A DNA stretch of 64,000 nucleotides from Balamuthia mandrillaris. Taxonomy: Eukaryota. Both the position numbers and the translations under genes were made by a program. This document shows positions 61,550-64,000 of the stretch, in pieces (position 1 is the stretch's first letter; every line of letters begins with the position of its first letter). The stretch is from positions 1 to 64,000 of the forward strand of contig JAVKOQ020000099.1 of NCBI GenBank assembly GCA_031835245.2, given 5' to 3'. The notes under the pieces are model-generated. The model had not been told where the DNA came from. It ran no database searches and saw nothing but the letters and a program-made list of their open reading frames with translations.

Positions 61550-63402
61550 CTCAGCAGACGTTCATGTTGCCCTGTTGCAATAGTTTGGAGACCTTTTCCT
61601 GGAAGGTAGGGTTGACCGGTTGTTGAAAGTGTAACTGCGTGATGTCCAGATGTGCCGCTGTGATTTCCTCCATAGCCCTACCGAACACTATCACCAACTT
61701 CCACTCAAACCAAAACTGTTCGTTGGGAGGGGCCGTTGCTGCACCACAGAAGCGTCAACCAAAAAATAAAAAATAAAACACTTCTCTTCTCTGCTCTCTC
61801 TCTCTCTCTCTCTCTCTCTCGCTCTAAATAACACTTACCGAGTGCCTGCTCTCGCCGGTAATGAGTCACAGTAACGCTATCTTGAGAGATATGAATACTG
61901 ATCCTCCATCCTTCCGCCGTACTCACATCACGTGTCATCAACTCGGTTCCTGTGACGCGAGCCTTGATCTCATAAACGGCAATGAAGATGATGCTTTGGT
62001 GTATTGCTTTCAGCACGGCAGCTGTTTTGCTATGAATGCCAACACCCTTTGTTTGTTTGAGAGGGAAATGTGTTGTAGAGGTAAAATGTTAGTTTTGCCT
62101 TTCGAGCTCATATTGAGTCAGCCGCACAATACCTCTTCTATCAGCTCGGCCACCAAATATTGCATCTCAGCGTTGAGAGCGGAACCGTGTAGCTCTTTGA
62201 TCTTGCTTTGCAAACGCTCATACGTCGCTTCGGATTCCAACTGCTGCGCTATTTTAGACAGTATATCTCCAACAATGCTGAAGCATGACTGTGGATGCTT
62301 TTGTTCTTCTCCTTCTCCAACTTTAACTATCTCTTTTGCTGAAGTTTTTTAAAATAAGTAGACTTACTCAACCAAAAACTGAAACAAAGGGAAAACAAAA
62401 CAAACAAAAGCAACAATAACAAGCAAAAGAGTGTAGGCTAACCTGTAAGACGGCCAAGTGATTTTCGCAGGTCATCATTTTGAATGGTGGGGACTTTCTT
62501 TTTGACCTCTAGGGCCTTGCGGAAAGCAGCACTGTCCGTTCTGAATGCGAAGGCAATACCGATGAACTGAATGCCTGCAAGCAAACGTCACCACAGCATG
62601 TTAACAAAAACACACAATCTGACATACAGCAATATAAATAACTAGGGCTTTTAGAGGGTAATAACCTTCCTCACCTTGACTATACTTCAGTTTTGGAGAA
62701 GATACCGCTTTGCTCCGCAAAACAAAATAACGAGAGCTGTCTATCACTTGATATACCATTACTCCTGGTGTTGATAGCACTAGTTCTTCTGACTCGAAAT
62801 CATAAAGACGGATCCATTTCATTTGTTTGTGACTAGGAGGCTCTGGTTCACTCGATCCCTATAGCAGAAAAGAGGATAACGAGAGAACGAAGAGAGGAAG
62901 AGAACGAGAGAACGAGAGGAAAAGGTGAGCACTTGCGCAAGAGAGATACAAAAAGAGGCTCGTACCGCCGTCTTGGAGAGCCTAAGCAAAGCGCCCTCAA
63001 AGATAGTCCAGTGGCTGGGGTCGCTCATGCCCAGTTTCCTCTTCCACTCAGCGGTTTTGCCGAGTTGGGCGTCCCTCTTCATCTGCGCGAGCATCGCCCC
63101 ATCCACTCCCAGCTGCTTGAACTCCTTGCCGTACAGCTCATCAAAGTAAAAGGTCCGCAGCCAGGTGGTAACGTCCTCCTCGGTCCACCGCTCCAAGGGC
63201 TTGGCTCGAATGATAGTGGCCGCTTTCTCCCTGCCTGTCCTGGCGACGAGCTTCTCCTCTTCGGGCAGCTGCTTCTCCTCCTCCTCTGCATCGCACACCT
63301 CCAACGTGCCCGCATGCGGCATTTCTCCCCACGTCGATGCCCTGAGCCGTTGAGGTTTTGTCATAGGTAACGTTACCAACCCTTAGCAGAAGGGAAAAAA
63401 AC

Positions 63403-63439
<37 letters not shown>

Positions 63440-63880
63440 AGAGAAGAGGTTTACGTATACGTACACGTAGCGGTCCTCGCTAGACTTTGGCAAGGAAGGA
63501 TGGTACCAAACATCAAAGACCAGCGTGCCGTCATTCTCTTCTTCTTCCTCCTCTTCCTCCTCTTCCTTTTCTTTCTCTCGCTCCTCCTCCACTGTGACAG
63601 TGATCCTCTTGGCCAAGCGAGGAAGGTCCTTGTACACAGGCAGCTCTTCAATGGGACAGATCCACACGCCAGAGACCTTGTCCGCCAGCCCGATCAGCCG
63701 TGACTCTGCGCGAAACAGTTGGCGAGTGGGACCGCCTCCTCCTGCTCCGCTCGCCCCTTTGCCGCCCTTTTTGCCACCACCACCCCCACCACCACCTTGT
63801 CCTCTCTTCCAGAAGCGCAGGTGCCGCTTGCCTGACTTTAATTTTTTGGCTTCTTGCTTGTCCAACGCCAACGTGTGCAT
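61550..63880 (-). pseudogene. SAM-domain gene whose C-terminal half is broken by stops and frameshifts
   Basis: SAM: PLERWTEEDVTTWLRTFYFDELYGKEFKQLGVDGAMLAQM. Downstream exon-like pieces (61700-62340) carry in-frame stops. Confidence 0.55.
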
Positions 63881-64000
63881 CTCTTCTTTTCTTCTTTTCT
63901 ACTTTCTTCTTCTTTTCTATTTTTTTTATTTTACTTTAAATATTTCTTATTCTTTTTTTTTGTTTCTTTTGGAGAGTTATTATGCTTATAGCACACTCAA

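Overview
Intron-rich eukaryotic genomic DNA with short GT-AG introns, many carrying CT-rich microsatellites. The gene set and style suggest a free-living amoebozoan; this is an inference. Host genes: asparaginyl-tRNA synthetase, PIP 5-kinase, CRIB/STE20 kinase, telobox-Myb TRF-like protein, RalGAP-beta, DCAF11/WDR23, COQ6, DH-PH RhoGEF, DOCK/zizimin GEF and G-protein beta. The main find is an apparently intact, intronless Fanzor (eukaryotic TnpB-like RNA-guided nuclease, Fanzor2/IS607-TnpB type) at 40727-42469. It has an N-terminal C2H2 zinc finger and an AT-hook-like motif, and a structured candidate omegaRNA overlaps its 3' end (about 42425-42550). Two decayed copies of the same element lie at 10698-11727 and 47226-47343. 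A separate ~130-nt structured sequence occurs twice (23484-23613, inside an intron of the TRF-like gene, and 49854-49983). At the second site it directly follows a broken 'CxxxxxxC..NGARNIL' Fanzor-type C-terminus, suggesting the right end/omegaRNA of a second Fanzor family. Other relics: a Crypton-type tyrosine recombinase pseudogene, a Helitron-like 3' end, an ~11 kb graveyard of LINE/LTR reverse-transcriptase fragments, and a giant-virus-style ankyrin pseudogene. Exon boundaries were read by eye and are approximate.
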